IMG/VR virus record: IMGVR_UViG_3300045808_000037 | Source: a virus | DNA length: 64,000 nucleotides | Strand: one strand, 5' to 3' | The notes under the pieces: generated by a model | What the model was told of the DNA's origin: nothing | Seen by the model: the letters and a program-made list of their open reading frames with translations, nothing else | The model's database searches: none | Part shown: positions 45,289 to 55,167 of the stretch, piece by piece | Numbering within the stretch: the first letter of the stretch is position 1 | How the letters are laid out: every line of letters starts with the position of its first letter | Position numbers and translations under genes: made by a program

Positions 45289-46568
45289 AACAGGCGGTTT
45301 TCAAATTCAAACCTTTCAGCAAAAAGCAGAAGATGATTCTTACATGGTGGACAAAAAAGTCTGCTGTCAAAGATAAAGACGGGATCATAGCAGATGGCGC
45401 TATTCGTTCTGGCAAGACTATTTCAATGTGTTTATCTTATGTCATGTGGGCTATGTCAACATTTGACAGCAAAAACCTTGGTATGGCAGGTAAAACAATC
45501 GGCTCATTTCGGCGGAATGTTCTTTTTTGGTTAAAACTCATGCTTCTATCAAGAGGATATCGTTACAAAGACCATCGTGCTGACAACATGCTGGAAGTCA
45601 CTAAAAAAGGCAATACCAATTACTTCTATGTTTTTGGTGGTAAAGATGAACGATCTCAAGACTTGATTCAAGGTATTACATTAGCTGGCATGTTTTTTGA
45701 TGAAGTAGCACTTATGCCAGAATCCTTTGTAAACCAAGCGACTGGGCGTTGTTCCGAGAAAGGTTCCAAGTTTTGGTTTAACTGCAACCCAGATGGCCCA
45801 TATCATTGGTTCAAACTGAATTGGATTGACAAGATTAAAGAAAAAAATTTGGTGTATCTTCACTTTACGATGGATGACAATCTTAGTTTAGATGAGTCTA
45901 TCAAGAAGAGATATCGCAGCATGTATTCAGGAGTCTTCTACAAACGGTATATTCTTGGTTTGTGGACAGTTGCTGAAGGTATCATTTACGATATGTTTGA
46001 TCAATCAAAGCATGTCTACAATAAATTAGTTGATTTCATCTTTGGTGATAATTATATAAGCATTGACTACGGTACGCAGAACGCTACCGTATTTTTGTTG
46101 TGGCAAAAAGGCAAAGATGGCATCTGGTATTGCGTAAAAGAATTCTATTATTCTGGACGTGATAGCAAGAAACAAAAGACCGATAGTGAATTTGCTGATG
46201 AATTACAGAAGTTTACAGAAGGCATCCGTATTAAAGAAGTGATTGTGGATCCGTCCGCTGCTTCTTTTATTGCCGAATTAAAGAAGAGAAACTTCAAAAT
46301 AAGAAAAGCAAAAAATGATGTGCTAGATGGCATTCGTTTTGTTGGTACTCTTCTTAACGAAGAAAAAATAGCGTTTAATTCCTCTTGTGTGAATACCCTA
46401 AAGGAATTTAGTTCTTATATATGGGATTCTAAAGCAATGGATCGTGGAGAGGATAAGCCTATAAAGCAAAATGACCATGCAATGGATGCCGTAAGATATT
46501 TCGTTTACACGATTATCTTCAAGAGCAACAAAGTTAAAATTACTAATCGTCCTACATGGATGGAATAA
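45273..46568 (+). CDS. terL: PBSX-family terminase large subunit
   Basis: GAIRSGKT, FFDEVA, CNP, IDYG, NDHAMDAVRY. Confidence 0.93.
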   Translation: MARRVKQAVFKFKPFSKKQKMILTWWTKKSAVKDKDGIIADGAIRSGKTISMCLSYVMWAMSTFDSKNLGMAGKTIGSFRRNVLFWLKLMLLSRGYRYKDHRADNMLEVTKKGNTNYFYVFGGKDERSQDLIQGITLAGMFFDEVALMPESFVNQATGRCSEKGSKFWFNCNPDGPYHWFKLNWIDKIKEKNLVYLHFTMDDNLSLDESIKKRYRSMYSGVFYKRYILGLWTVAEGIIYDMFDQSKHVYNKLVDFIFGDNYISIDYGTQNATVFLLWQKGKDGIWYCVKEFYYSGRDSKKQKTDSEFADELQKFTEGIRIKEVIVDPSAASFIAELKKRNFKIRKAKNDVLDGIRFVGTLLNEEKIAFNSSCVNTLKEFSSYIWDSKAMDRGEDKPIKQNDHAMDAVRYFVYTIIFKSNKVKITNRPTWME

Positions 46569-46581
46569 AGAAGGTGAAAGA

Positions 46582-48021
46582 ATGGCAATCGCTATTGATC
46601 GTGAATTAGCTGGTGATATTAATAACCCAAGTATGGAAGTAATCAATTTTTGCATGGATGAGCATAAAAAAGAAATACCGCGGCTTGATATGTTGTTTGA
46701 TTACTACGAAGGTAAACCACATAAGGTCGGACAAACGAAGATCCGAACGCCACACGATATGGATGAAATCTTTGTCAACAATGCTAAATATGTAACGGAT
46801 ATGATGGTGGGATTCACAGTGGGCGCTCCTGTCTCTTATGCACCAGCAAAGGATAAAGATATTACACCAGTTACCGATGCATTAGAAAAGATGAAAATTA
46901 AGAAACACGACAAGGAACTAGAAAAAGGTTTATCAACAATGGGCATGGGTCTTGAGTTGCATTACCTTGCTATTAAACCTGGCACAGAAGGAAACGATGT
47001 TCCGGAAACAGTGCCTAAAATTGCTTGGATTGACCCTAGAGGGATGTTTTTAGTGGTTGATGATACTATCGATCGCACGAAACTATTTGCTGTTCGTATG
47101 GTCAAGAAACGAGACTTGAAAAGAAGAACGTTCTGGGAGATAACAGTTTACACTCAAAAGTGGGTGATCACTTATCTATCTAAAACGAAGCGATTAGATC
47201 CTACAAGCCTAATCAATAAATCTCCGAATCCTAAAGTTAAATCACATTACTACAAGGATGTGCCTGTGGTTGAGTTTAGAAACAACGAAGAAAAGCAAGG
47301 CGACTACGAGCAGCAACTGTCTCAGATTGATGGATATAATATTCTGCAAACTGATCGTATCAAAGACAAGAAAAACTTCGTCAAAGCGATTATGATTATG
47401 TTCGGATTTGGTTTGCCAGATGAAAAACCAGAAGAGATAAATGGAACCATGGCCATTGAAGCGCCAGCAAAATCAGATGGTGGAGATTTTCAGTATGCTA
47501 CTAACACGTTTGATGAAACTCAAGTACAAACACTTGCTGACTCTTTACTTGATGATTTCCACAAGACTACCTATGTACCTAATCTGAATGATGAAAACTT
47601 TGCTGGTACTCAATCCGGAGAAGCAATGAAATATAAGTTGTTTGGATTGCTGCTTGTATTGTCAATCAAAATTGGATACTTGGAAGATGGGATCATGCAG
47701 CGTTTGGAACTGTTGCAAAATATTTTGAATGTAAAAGGTCATAATGTGGATGTCGAAGGAACAACTATCAAATTTAAACCTAACTTGCCAATCAACCGAT
47801 CGGATATCATAAATCAGATCAAGGAATCGCAAGAGTTTATACCGTTATTAATTAGCTTAGGTTGGTTGGATGATATCGATAATCCACAAGAAGTGGTTGA
47901 AATGCTGAATCAGCAAAAAGAGGAAAACATGAAACTCCAAGCTAAAGTGTTAGGTGTACAAGCTGAAGATAGTCATTCAGATTTGGATGATGAGCCAGAG
48001 GAGGACGAAGAAGATGAATGA
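46582..48021 (+). CDS. Portal protein (SPP1 gp6-like)
   Basis: YYEGK, NNAKYVTD, VPVVEFRNNEEKQGD, FAGTQSGEAMKYKL. Confidence 0.92.
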   Translation: MAIAIDRELAGDINNPSMEVINFCMDEHKKEIPRLDMLFDYYEGKPHKVGQTKIRTPHDMDEIFVNNAKYVTDMMVGFTVGAPVSYAPAKDKDITPVTDALEKMKIKKHDKELEKGLSTMGMGLELHYLAIKPGTEGNDVPETVPKIAWIDPRGMFLVVDDTIDRTKLFAVRMVKKRDLKRRTFWEITVYTQKWVITYLSKTKRLDPTSLINKSPNPKVKSHYYKDVPVVEFRNNEEKQGDYEQQLSQIDGYNILQTDRIKDKKNFVKAIMIMFGFGLPDEKPEEINGTMAIEAPAKSDGGDFQYATNTFDETQVQTLADSLLDDFHKTTYVPNLNDENFAGTQSGEAMKYKLFGLLLVLSIKIGYLEDGIMQRLELLQNILNVKGHNVDVEGTTIKFKPNLPINRSDIINQIKESQEFIPLLISLGWLDDIDNPQEVVEMLNQQKEENMKLQAKVLGVQAEDSHSDLDDEPEEDEEDE

Positions 48022-48217
48022 ACAACAGTTAAAAGAGCTAATGAAGATGAACGAGAACAATCAAACACTTGAAGCTACTTTCTTTGAAATGCAAAAAAGT
48101 TTTGATTATATAGCGAAGCAAGGGAAATATTTGTTCGATAAATGTTTAGAAGAGGGATTTAACGAAGAGCAAGCTTTAAAATTTTCTATCAGCATTTTAA
48201 CTGGTGGGGTGAAATAA
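48014..48217 (+). CDS. Small hypothetical protein
   Basis: GAGGA SD, ATGA-type coupling to the portal end. Confidence 0.6.
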   Translation: MNEQQLKELMKMNENNQTLEATFFEMQKSFDYIAKQGKYLFDKCLEEGFNEEQALKFSISILTGGVK

Positions 48218-48229
48218 GGAGCTGATTAA

Positions 48230-49516
48230 ATGGCTCAAAAGAAACGCAAGCTATCCTACTGGGAACGCCGCAATGTTGATGCTGAACAAAAGATAAACGA
48301 TGATGCAATCAAAGTTGAGGAAGCTGTGGCGAAAGCGTATAGACAAGCACAAACATATTTAACCCAAAAGGTTAGGAAGCTATTTACTCGCTCTCAGCAA
48401 CGATCTGGACTATCTGAGGATGAGGCTAAACGGATACTGAACCAAACAACATCAGTTGAAGATTTAACAGAGTTGAGAAAACTATCTAAACAGATTAAAG
48501 ATCCTGAATTACAAGCTTCAGCAAAAAACAGATTGCAAGCATTAGCATTTAAAGAGCGCATCACTCGTGCGGAGGACTTGAAAGCCAAGTCTTTTTTAGT
48601 TTCTAAGCAAGTTGCTGATATTCAACTAGAAAAGCAGACGGAATTCTATGTAGATGCTATTCACGAATCGTATCGTGAGGCAACGGCTGAATCAGTCATC
48701 CGAAAAGCGCAAGAGAATGCTAAGAATGGCATAGTCATCGAGGTCTGGAATAAGAAGGATTATCAGTTTAAGGAACTATCGACCAGGTATACAAAAAACA
48801 TCCTTGATAGCCACTGGCATGGATCGAATTATTCTAAACGGATATGGGGAGATACTGAAGCTTTGGCAGCTAGGCTAGAAGAGTTGTTCACTGTCGAGTC
48901 TATGACTGGCATGTCTGAGTTTGAAATGACTAAGGCAATAGCTAGTGAATTTGACCGTTCCATTGGTGTCGCTAGGCGTTTGATTCGTACAGAAGCTAAT
49001 TACATGGCTAACCAAGCAAAACTAAAAGCGTGGCAAGACAACGGCGTAAAAGAGTACATGCTTGTTGCTGTGTTGGATTTGCGAACGTCTGAAATCTGTA
49101 AAGCTAAAGATCATAAAATTTATCCAGTTTCTGAAGCTAAGGTAAACGGTGCTAGCGGAACGTATCCGCCGTTTCATCCTTGGTGTAGAACAATAGCTGT
49201 CATGTACAGTAAACGTACTCTGAATCTACCTAGAAACGCATTAGATCCTATCAGCAGTAAAGTTATTCCGATCAGAGATGATACGACCTATAACGACTGG
49301 ATGAATAAGCTGAAAGAAAAGTATTCGGATGATGAAATTGCTATACAGAGGAGAAAAGTAGTCAATGCCAAGCGTGACAATGCTGAATACAGGTCGTTGA
49401 AAGATGTTTTGGGTAAGAAAGATTCGCCGATAAACCTAAATGAGTACCAAAACTTGAAATACGGCAACAAAAATGGCTATAACAAATTAAAAAAAGCTTA
49501 TCAGCAAGCAAAATAG
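48230..49516 (+). CDS. Minor head protein (SPP1 gp7-like)
   Basis: YWERR, ARRLIRTEA, AVLDLRTSEIC, PPFHPWCRT. Confidence 0.9.
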   Translation: MAQKKRKLSYWERRNVDAEQKINDDAIKVEEAVAKAYRQAQTYLTQKVRKLFTRSQQRSGLSEDEAKRILNQTTSVEDLTELRKLSKQIKDPELQASAKNRLQALAFKERITRAEDLKAKSFLVSKQVADIQLEKQTEFYVDAIHESYREATAESVIRKAQENAKNGIVIEVWNKKDYQFKELSTRYTKNILDSHWHGSNYSKRIWGDTEALAARLEELFTVESMTGMSEFEMTKAIASEFDRSIGVARRLIRTEANYMANQAKLKAWQDNGVKEYMLVAVLDLRTSEICKAKDHKIYPVSEAKVNGASGTYPPFHPWCRTIAVMYSKRTLNLPRNALDPISSKVIPIRDDTTYNDWMNKLKEKYSDDEIAIQRRKVVNAKRDNAEYRSLKDVLGKKDSPINLNEYQNLKYGNKNGYNKLKKAYQQAK

Positions 49517-49681
49517 CCCATTAGCTACTTGGGGCTTTACAAATTAAGTGAGCAATAATCTAATAACGTGTGTGGGTTCAAAATAGAATACAAAAGTGAG
49601 AGCACTGTGTTTGGGCGAATGCGTGGATGGGGTGCTTTTTGTTATGCCTGTTTTGAGTGTGCATGGGTAAAGGAGAAAGCT

Positions 49682-50347
49682 ATGAAAGAGAATAAATTGT
49701 TAATGGACCAATTTGTAGGACAAAAATGCGGCAATCGGTTGATGAAGATGAAACTGCAATTCTTTGCTGATGGTGGCGATGGTGATGGTGCAGACGGTGG
49801 TCAAGGTAGCGGTGAAGGCGATGGAGAAAGTAAAACAATTTCTTTTACCAGCCAATCTGAATTTGATTCTGTTGTTGACAAACGTATTTCTAAAGCTATC
49901 GAAACAGCACAGGCTAAATGGCAAGAAGAAGCAGATAAAAAAATCAAAGATGCTGAGAAAAAAGGTCAAATGTCTGCCGAAGAAAAAGCGCAATACGAGT
50001 TGCAACAAGAACGTGATCAATTAGAAGCCGATCGTGTGGCTCTGAAGCGGGATAAAGACGAAGCGGGTACAATCAAACGGCTTGCTACTGATAAACTGCC
50101 TGATTCGCTCTCAACTGTTTTGGCACCACTGTTCGGCGGTGATGAAAAGAATTTGGATGAAGCTTATGGCAATGTATCTAAAGCCTTTCGTGAAGCAGTT
50201 GAACAAGCAGTCAACATTCGTCTTGCAGGATCAGCTGATAACCCAGCAGGTAACGGTGGTGGTTCAGGTGCAGAATCAATCGGTAGTCAATATGCCAAAA
50301 ATGCAAACAGTCGTGCAAAAGCAGAAAACGACAACTTTTGGAAATAA
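49682..50347 (+). CDS. Scaffolding protein (DUF4355-like)
   Basis: LQFFA motif, FTSQSEFDSVVDKR, coiled coil; AGGAG SD before ATG at 49682. Confidence 0.85.
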   Translation: MKENKLLMDQFVGQKCGNRLMKMKLQFFADGGDGDGADGGQGSGEGDGESKTISFTSQSEFDSVVDKRISKAIETAQAKWQEEADKKIKDAEKKGQMSAEEKAQYELQQERDQLEADRVALKRDKDEAGTIKRLATDKLPDSLSTVLAPLFGGDEKNLDEAYGNVSKAFREAVEQAVNIRLAGSADNPAGNGGGSGAESIGSQYAKNANSRAKAENDNFWK

Positions 50348-50368
50348 AAAAAATAGGAGGAAAAACAA

Positions 50369-50695
50369 ATGTACGTAAAACCAATTAAAACAGCTGAGCA
50401 TTTAAACTTCTTAGCTAGTGCAAAATTTCAAAACTTTACCTATCAAGCTGACAAATCTTTCGAAGCAGGTGAAATCTATCCAGCGAATGACGCTACAGCT
50501 TTAGGTATTGTATTTAATTCAGTAACTGCGGATGCCGAAACAGGCTCGCAACCAGTAGCGATCCTTGTAGGTGGTTATGTTTTGGCTGATCGTTTGCCAG
50601 AAGCACCCACGGATGCTGCAATCACTTCATTGAAGAATATCACTTTCTTAGATGCTAACAAAAAACCAAAAGTAGCCGCTGGCAGCGGAGAATAA
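50369..50695 (+). CDS. Head decoration/fibre-like small protein
   Basis: AGEIYPANDATALGIV; position between scaffold and capsid. Confidence 0.7.
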   Translation: MYVKPIKTAEHLNFLASAKFQNFTYQADKSFEAGEIYPANDATALGIVFNSVTADAETGSQPVAILVGGYVLADRLPEAPTDAAITSLKNITFLDANKKPKVAAGSGE

Positions 50696-50717
50696 AAGAA
50701 AGCAGGAGGAAATAAAC

Positions 50718-51740
50718 ATGCCAACAATTATGGAATTATTTACACAGAATGAAGTTTTAAGCTATGTTCGTGATCGCGAATATAAACCTTTGCTAGGTGA
50801 AACTCTTTTCCCTGAACGCAAACAACCTTCTTTGAAATTGGATCAATTAAGCGGTGGTAGCCGTATCCCTATCGCGGCATCTATCCACGACTTCGATACT
50901 GAGGCGGAAATTGGCAGCCGTATTGCTAATAAGCAAGAGTTGGAACTGAGCTTGATCAAACGCAAAATGCAATTGAAAGAAACAGACATCATTGCATTAG
51001 AGAATCCACGCACGCCTGCAGAACAAGCATATGTAGTAGGTCAAGTCTACAATGACATCGATCAGTTAGTAGCTGGTGTCCGGGCTCGTGTTGAAGCTAT
51101 GCGGATGGAAGTATTAGCTGCTGGCCAAGTGACTGTTAAAGAAAATGGTTTGAACTTCACGCTTGATTACCATGTGCCTGCTGAACATAAAGAAGCTTTG
51201 ACTGGCACAAATGTATGGACGAATGAAAATTCTGATCCATTAGCTGATATTGAACGTTGGATTGATGTATTGGATACTAAGCCAACTCGTGCATTGACTT
51301 CTCGCAAAATTTATCGTGCGCTTGCTACCCATCCTAAAATCATTGCTGCAATCTTCGGTAAAGATTCTGGTCGTATAGTTTCTCAAGCTGACTTGGATGC
51401 GTTCATGGAAACTCATGGGTATCCAGTGATCCGTACTTACGATGAAAAATACAAAGTACAGGAAGCTAATGGGAAATATACTACTAAGAAATATTTCCCA
51501 GAAAACAAATTTGCAATGTTCAATGACGACTTGTTGGGTGAAACATTATATGGGCCAACCGCTGAAGAAACGCGTTTAACTCGTGACCCAGCAGTTGATA
51601 CTACGCTTGTCAGCAATGTATTGGCATCTGTTTACGATGAAACGCGTGATCCTGTCGGAACTTGGACGAAAGCTGTTGCAACTGCATTGCCTTCATTTGC
51701 AGCTGCTGATGAAGTATTCCAAGCACAACCAATCGCATAG
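50718..51740 (+). CDS. Major capsid protein (capsid E family)
   Basis: LGETLFP, RVEAMRMEVL, SDPLADI, LGETLYGPT motifs. Confidence 0.9.
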   Translation: MPTIMELFTQNEVLSYVRDREYKPLLGETLFPERKQPSLKLDQLSGGSRIPIAASIHDFDTEAEIGSRIANKQELELSLIKRKMQLKETDIIALENPRTPAEQAYVVGQVYNDIDQLVAGVRARVEAMRMEVLAAGQVTVKENGLNFTLDYHVPAEHKEALTGTNVWTNENSDPLADIERWIDVLDTKPTRALTSRKIYRALATHPKIIAAIFGKDSGRIVSQADLDAFMETHGYPVIRTYDEKYKVQEANGKYTTKKYFPENKFAMFNDDLLGETLYGPTAEETRLTRDPAVDTTLVSNVLASVYDETRDPVGTWTKAVATALPSFAAADEVFQAQPIA

Positions 51741-51751
51741 GAGGAAAAACA

Positions 51752-52012
51752 ATGTTTAAAGTCAAAGTAAAAGATATCCCCGTATTTTATGCGGGGAAAC
51801 GATATGTTTCTGGTAAAGAACTAACGATTGAAAACGAACATATGAATGATGATTTGTTTGATAAAATCGAAGAAATTGAAAATGTTCCATTCAAGGGAGT
51901 CAAAGAAGCTACTTTGCGCAAAGCGCTTGAGGCTGCAGAGATTGATATTCCTGAAGAAGCTGATCGGGATGCGTTGATTCAGCTAATGAATGACAATCAA
52001 GTAACTTTGTAA
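51752..52012 (+). CDS. Small head protein with HeH-like C-terminus
   Basis: LRKALEAAEIDIPEEADRDALIQL. Confidence 0.65.
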   Translation: MFKVKVKDIPVFYAGKRYVSGKELTIENEHMNDDLFDKIEEIENVPFKGVKEATLRKALEAAEIDIPEEADRDALIQLMNDNQVTL

Positions 52013-52025
52013 GGTGTGATAGCTT

Positions 52026-52361
52026 ATGAAAGAACAAAACCAAGTCGTCCTAGATACGCTTGCTGTCGAACTAGGGCGTAAGTTTTCTATCACGGATCCA
52101 ACGGCTATTGAGGTATTGAAAGATGATATCAAAGATGCCATGTATGATGCCTTGGATTATTGCAATCGTGATGTGCTTGTGGGCAATATGCCATCTTCTG
52201 TTAAAGATTTGTATATCTTTCGCAGAAATACTGAAGGCAACGAAGGGGAAACAGCCCGTACTGAGGGCGGTGTATCTCAATCGTTCGAAATTGGTATTCC
52301 TGCAAAGATTCGATCAAAACTCAATCGCTATAGAGTAGCAAAAGTGAGGTCGTTCAGATGA
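52026..52361 (+). CDS. Head-tail connector
   Basis: ALDYCNR, RRNTEGNEGETARTEGGVS. Confidence 0.85.
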   Translation: MKEQNQVVLDTLAVELGRKFSITDPTAIEVLKDDIKDAMYDALDYCNRDVLVGNMPSSVKDLYIFRRNTEGNEGETARTEGGVSQSFEIGIPAKIRSKLNRYRVAKVRSFR

Positions 52362-52708
52362 GACTTAGAGAACGAGACTTGCAAACAGTCTACCTAAAAA
52401 AGCGAAAAGTCACTCATGACGAAGAAGCAGAAGAAATAATCACATACCCATTTGAACCAATTGAGTTGCGTATGAATGTACAGGCTGCAAGTGGTACGAT
52501 AAATGCCCAAATCTATGGCAGCAAGCTCGAAACAATGAAAGCATGTAAATACCAAGGTTTTGTGATTAACGAGGCACATAACGAACTAGATGGCGTTTGC
52601 GTATATGTTGGCAAAGATGAAGAGCCAGATTTCACAATCAAATCTATCCAGACATTTTCGACACACAAGAACATTATGCTAGAAAGGAATGATAATCGTG
52701 GGAGTTGA
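52358..52708 (+). CDS. Head closure/adaptor protein
   Basis: Synteny; MRLRERDL, AQIYG motifs. Confidence 0.75.
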   Translation: MRLRERDLQTVYLKKRKVTHDEEAEEIITYPFEPIELRMNVQAASGTINAQIYGSKLETMKACKYQGFVINEAHNELDGVCVYVGKDEEPDFTIKSIQTFSTHKNIMLERNDNRGS

Positions 52709-53240
52709 AATCAAAGGCCTTGAAAGTTTACGGCGAAAAGTCAAAGCGATACCGCAAATCTTGGATGATGCGATGTGGGATGCGACTTTTGAAATCACCG
52801 AGTTGATTAAGCAAGCCGCAGAACTGCGATTGTCATCTAGCATGAAATATTCTAGTGGTGAATTGTTGGGTAGTTTGAAAAACGAAGTCGTGATTAATGC
52901 ACAGAACCAAATTGTTGGACGTGTCTGGTCCGACAAGCAAGAAGCACTATTTCGCGAAGTTGGTACAGGTCCTGTCGGTGAAGCTAGTCCTAAAGATTTG
53001 CCAGAAGGATTTACACCAGTCTATTCGCAAACAGCATGGTTTATCCCAGCGAAAGATGTTGCGGTGGATTTAGAAGCTATATACGGTATTCCTCGTGTGA
53101 CTGTTCAAGGTACAGACTTCTACATTACCATAGGACAGCCAGCACGACCGTTCTTGTATCCTTCTTTAGTAGATTTGATCGGTGAAGCGCCAGAAATCTA
53201 CAAAGAACATGTACAACGCAAGTTAAGGGAGTTGAAGTGA
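52689..53240 (+). CDS. HK97 gp10-like neck protein
   Basis: GELLGSL, FREVGTG, GQPARPFLYP. Confidence 0.8.
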   Translation: MIIVGVEIKGLESLRRKVKAIPQILDDAMWDATFEITELIKQAAELRLSSSMKYSSGELLGSLKNEVVINAQNQIVGRVWSDKQEALFREVGTGPVGEASPKDLPEGFTPVYSQTAWFIPAKDVAVDLEAIYGIPRVTVQGTDFYITIGQPARPFLYPSLVDLIGEAPEIYKEHVQRKLRELK

Positions 53241-53602
53241 TGGAACGTGTGAAGATGAAGACAGTCACCGTTGAAGTATTACAAGCTGTCACTGACATCA
53301 AAAAGATTGCGACGGACTATCCTTCAAGTTGGAATACATTCCCATTAGCAATTTATCGGACAGCCAATAAACCACATCAGATCGATTCGTTGGGTAATGA
53401 GTTACAAACAGATTGGACAATCACAGTTGAATTGTACGGAGACAAAAGCCAGACCAGTATTGCTGAAAGTGTTTTAAGCACATTCGGTAGTATTGGTTTT
53501 TCTGGTACCGCTAAAGATGCTAACACGGCTGATCTAAAGCGGATCATCGTTGAAGTAACAGCTGTAGTTGATAATGTTACAAAATATGTATACAAAAAAT
53601 AG
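53237..53602 (+). CDS. Tail terminator protein
   Basis: Synteny before the tube gene. Confidence 0.7.
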   Translation: MMERVKMKTVTVEVLQAVTDIKKIATDYPSSWNTFPLAIYRTANKPHQIDSLGNELQTDWTITVELYGDKSQTSIAESVLSTFGSIGFSGTAKDANTADLKRIIVEVTAVVDNVTKYVYKK

Positions 53603-53614
53603 GAGGAATTACAC

Positions 53615-54028
53615 ATGGATTTTGCAGGACTATTATCAAAAGGAACTGTCTTAACATATAAAGATGGTTCAACGACAAAAACTGTTGCAGCAGTTAAATC
53701 TATCCCGGCTTTGGGTAGTGACCCAGAGAAAGTAGACGTTACACACTTGGGATCAGAAAAGAAAGCTTATATCAAAGGTATCGAAGATACTGACAACTTA
53801 GAATTTGCGATCGTATATCAAGGAGATAACTTCCGTGATATTCACGCCTTGGTTGAATCAAAAAAATCGGTCGATTGGACAATCACATATCCAGATGGAT
53901 TAAAATCAGAGTTTACTGGAGAACCATATTACAAATTTGATGGCGCAGAAGTCAATCAAGCCATTGGATTTAACTTAGGTGTGGTTGTTAGTGAAGGGCC
54001 GACTATGACACCTGCGCCGGCAAAGTAA
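53615..54028 (+). CDS. Major tail (tube) protein
   Basis: VKSIPALGSDPEKVDVTHL, WTITYPDG motifs. Confidence 0.88.
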   Translation: MDFAGLLSKGTVLTYKDGSTTKTVAAVKSIPALGSDPEKVDVTHLGSEKKAYIKGIEDTDNLEFAIVYQGDNFRDIHALVESKKSVDWTITYPDGLKSEFTGEPYYKFDGAEVNQAIGFNLGVVVSEGPTMTPAPAK

Positions 54029-54312
54029 TCAACCCCGAGTCGGTTACTTTGTCACCGAAGACATCTACCGCAGTTGCGGGGACTGCATCAAATCGTCAAT
54101 TGACAGCAACTGTATCACCTAGTGATGCTACTGATAAAACTGTTAAGTATACAATTGCACCAACTACTGCAGGTTTAGCAGTATCGAACACTGGGAATAT
54201 TACCTGGACTGCAGATGTGCCGCCAGGAACCTATACAACAACAGGTACAACAAATGCCGGGAATAAAAAAGACACACACGTTTTAACATTAACAGAACCA
54301 GAGGAAGGTTAG
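54025..54312 (+). CDS. Ig-like (Big_2) domain, probably appended to the tube protein by -1 frameshift
   Basis: PESVTLSP...LTATVSPSDATDKTVKY; no SD; -1 frame relative to the tube gene at GCA AAG TAA. Confidence 0.75.
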   Translation, partial: VINPESVTLSPKTSTAVAGTASNRQLTATVSPSDATDKTVKYTIAPTTAGLAVSNTGNITWTADVPPGTYTTTGTTNAGNKKDTHVLTLTEPEEG

Positions 54313-54331
54313 TCGAAAGACTAGCCTTTTT
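54305..54331 (+). terminator. Intrinsic terminator after tube/Ig
   Basis: AAGGTTAGTC-GAAA-GACTAGCCTT followed by TTT. Confidence 0.8.
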
Positions 54332-54351
54332 ATCTTAGGAGGAAAATAACT

Positions 54352-54759
54352 ATGTCAAAAAACAATATTGCACAATTTCCACACACAACACCATTCGAAC
54401 TAGGGGATCTAACTTTACAACTCCGATTGGATGGTAAAGCCGTTTTAGCAATTGAAAAACGATTAGATGAAGGCATCATGGGCTTATTCGTTAAGAAACA
54501 AGGAGAAATCAAATTACCTCCATCAAATAGTTTGCTGATCGTGTTGCAAGGTGCAAATAAAACAAGCGGTGTAACGGATAAAGTTATCACTGAAGCATTC
54601 GAACAATACCTAGATTCTGGGAAAACAACTATGGATCTATTTGGTGAAGTGAATGAATTCTTGGATGAAGCAGGTTTTTTCGGAAAGAAAGAAACGGAGA
54701 ACGAACCGACAGATGGGGAATCTTTGGATCAGACGAACAGCGAAGACAGTCTTCTGTAA
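54352..54759 (+). CDS. Tail assembly chaperone (gpG-like)
   Basis: LQLRLDGKAVLAIEKRL; slippery T TTT TTC near the 3' end. Confidence 0.8.
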   Translation: MSKNNIAQFPHTTPFELGDLTLQLRLDGKAVLAIEKRLDEGIMGLFVKKQGEIKLPPSNSLLIVLQGANKTSGVTDKVITEAFEQYLDSGKTTMDLFGEVNEFLDEAGFFGKKETENEPTDGESLDQTNSEDSLL

Positions 54760-55157
54760 AAAACTTCTCTAATTTATCTGAAATGCTTGAGCACATGTAT
54801 CCTCAAGCGGTTGAAGCAGGAATCCCTGCTACTGAGTACTGGGGAATGACGCTTGAAGAAATTATGATACAAGTGAAAGCAAACAAGAAAGTTAAAGAGA
54901 ATGAGTTGAAGGAAAAAGCAATGTTTGACTATTCTCAGCAACGCTTAGCTGTTTTTGCTTTTAACGATCCGAAGAAGTTTCCAAAATTTGAAGACGCATA
55001 TCCATTTCTCAAACAGATTGAGCAAGCAGTTGAGGAAGCCAAAACAGAAGAGGAATCAAAGCAAGACGCGATGAAGCGGGATCAAGAAATTTTCCTAGCC
55101 CAAGCACACGCAATCAACGCAACACGAGAGAGAAGAAAACTTCTAGAAGAAAGGTAG
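54675..55157 (+). CDS. Tail chaperone extension (gpT-like), -1 frame
   Basis: -1 frame is open from the TTTTTTC heptamer through the 54783..55157 ORF (EYWGMTLEEI). Confidence 0.75.
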   Translation, partial: FFRKERNGERTDRWGIFGSDEQRRQSSVKNFSNLSEMLEHMYPQAVEAGIPATEYWGMTLEEIMIQVKANKKVKENELKEKAMFDYSQQRLAVFAFNDPKKFPKFEDAYPFLKQIEQAVEEAKTEEESKQDAMKRDQEIFLAQAHAINATRERRKLLEER

Positions 55158-55167
55158 GTGAGAAAGC

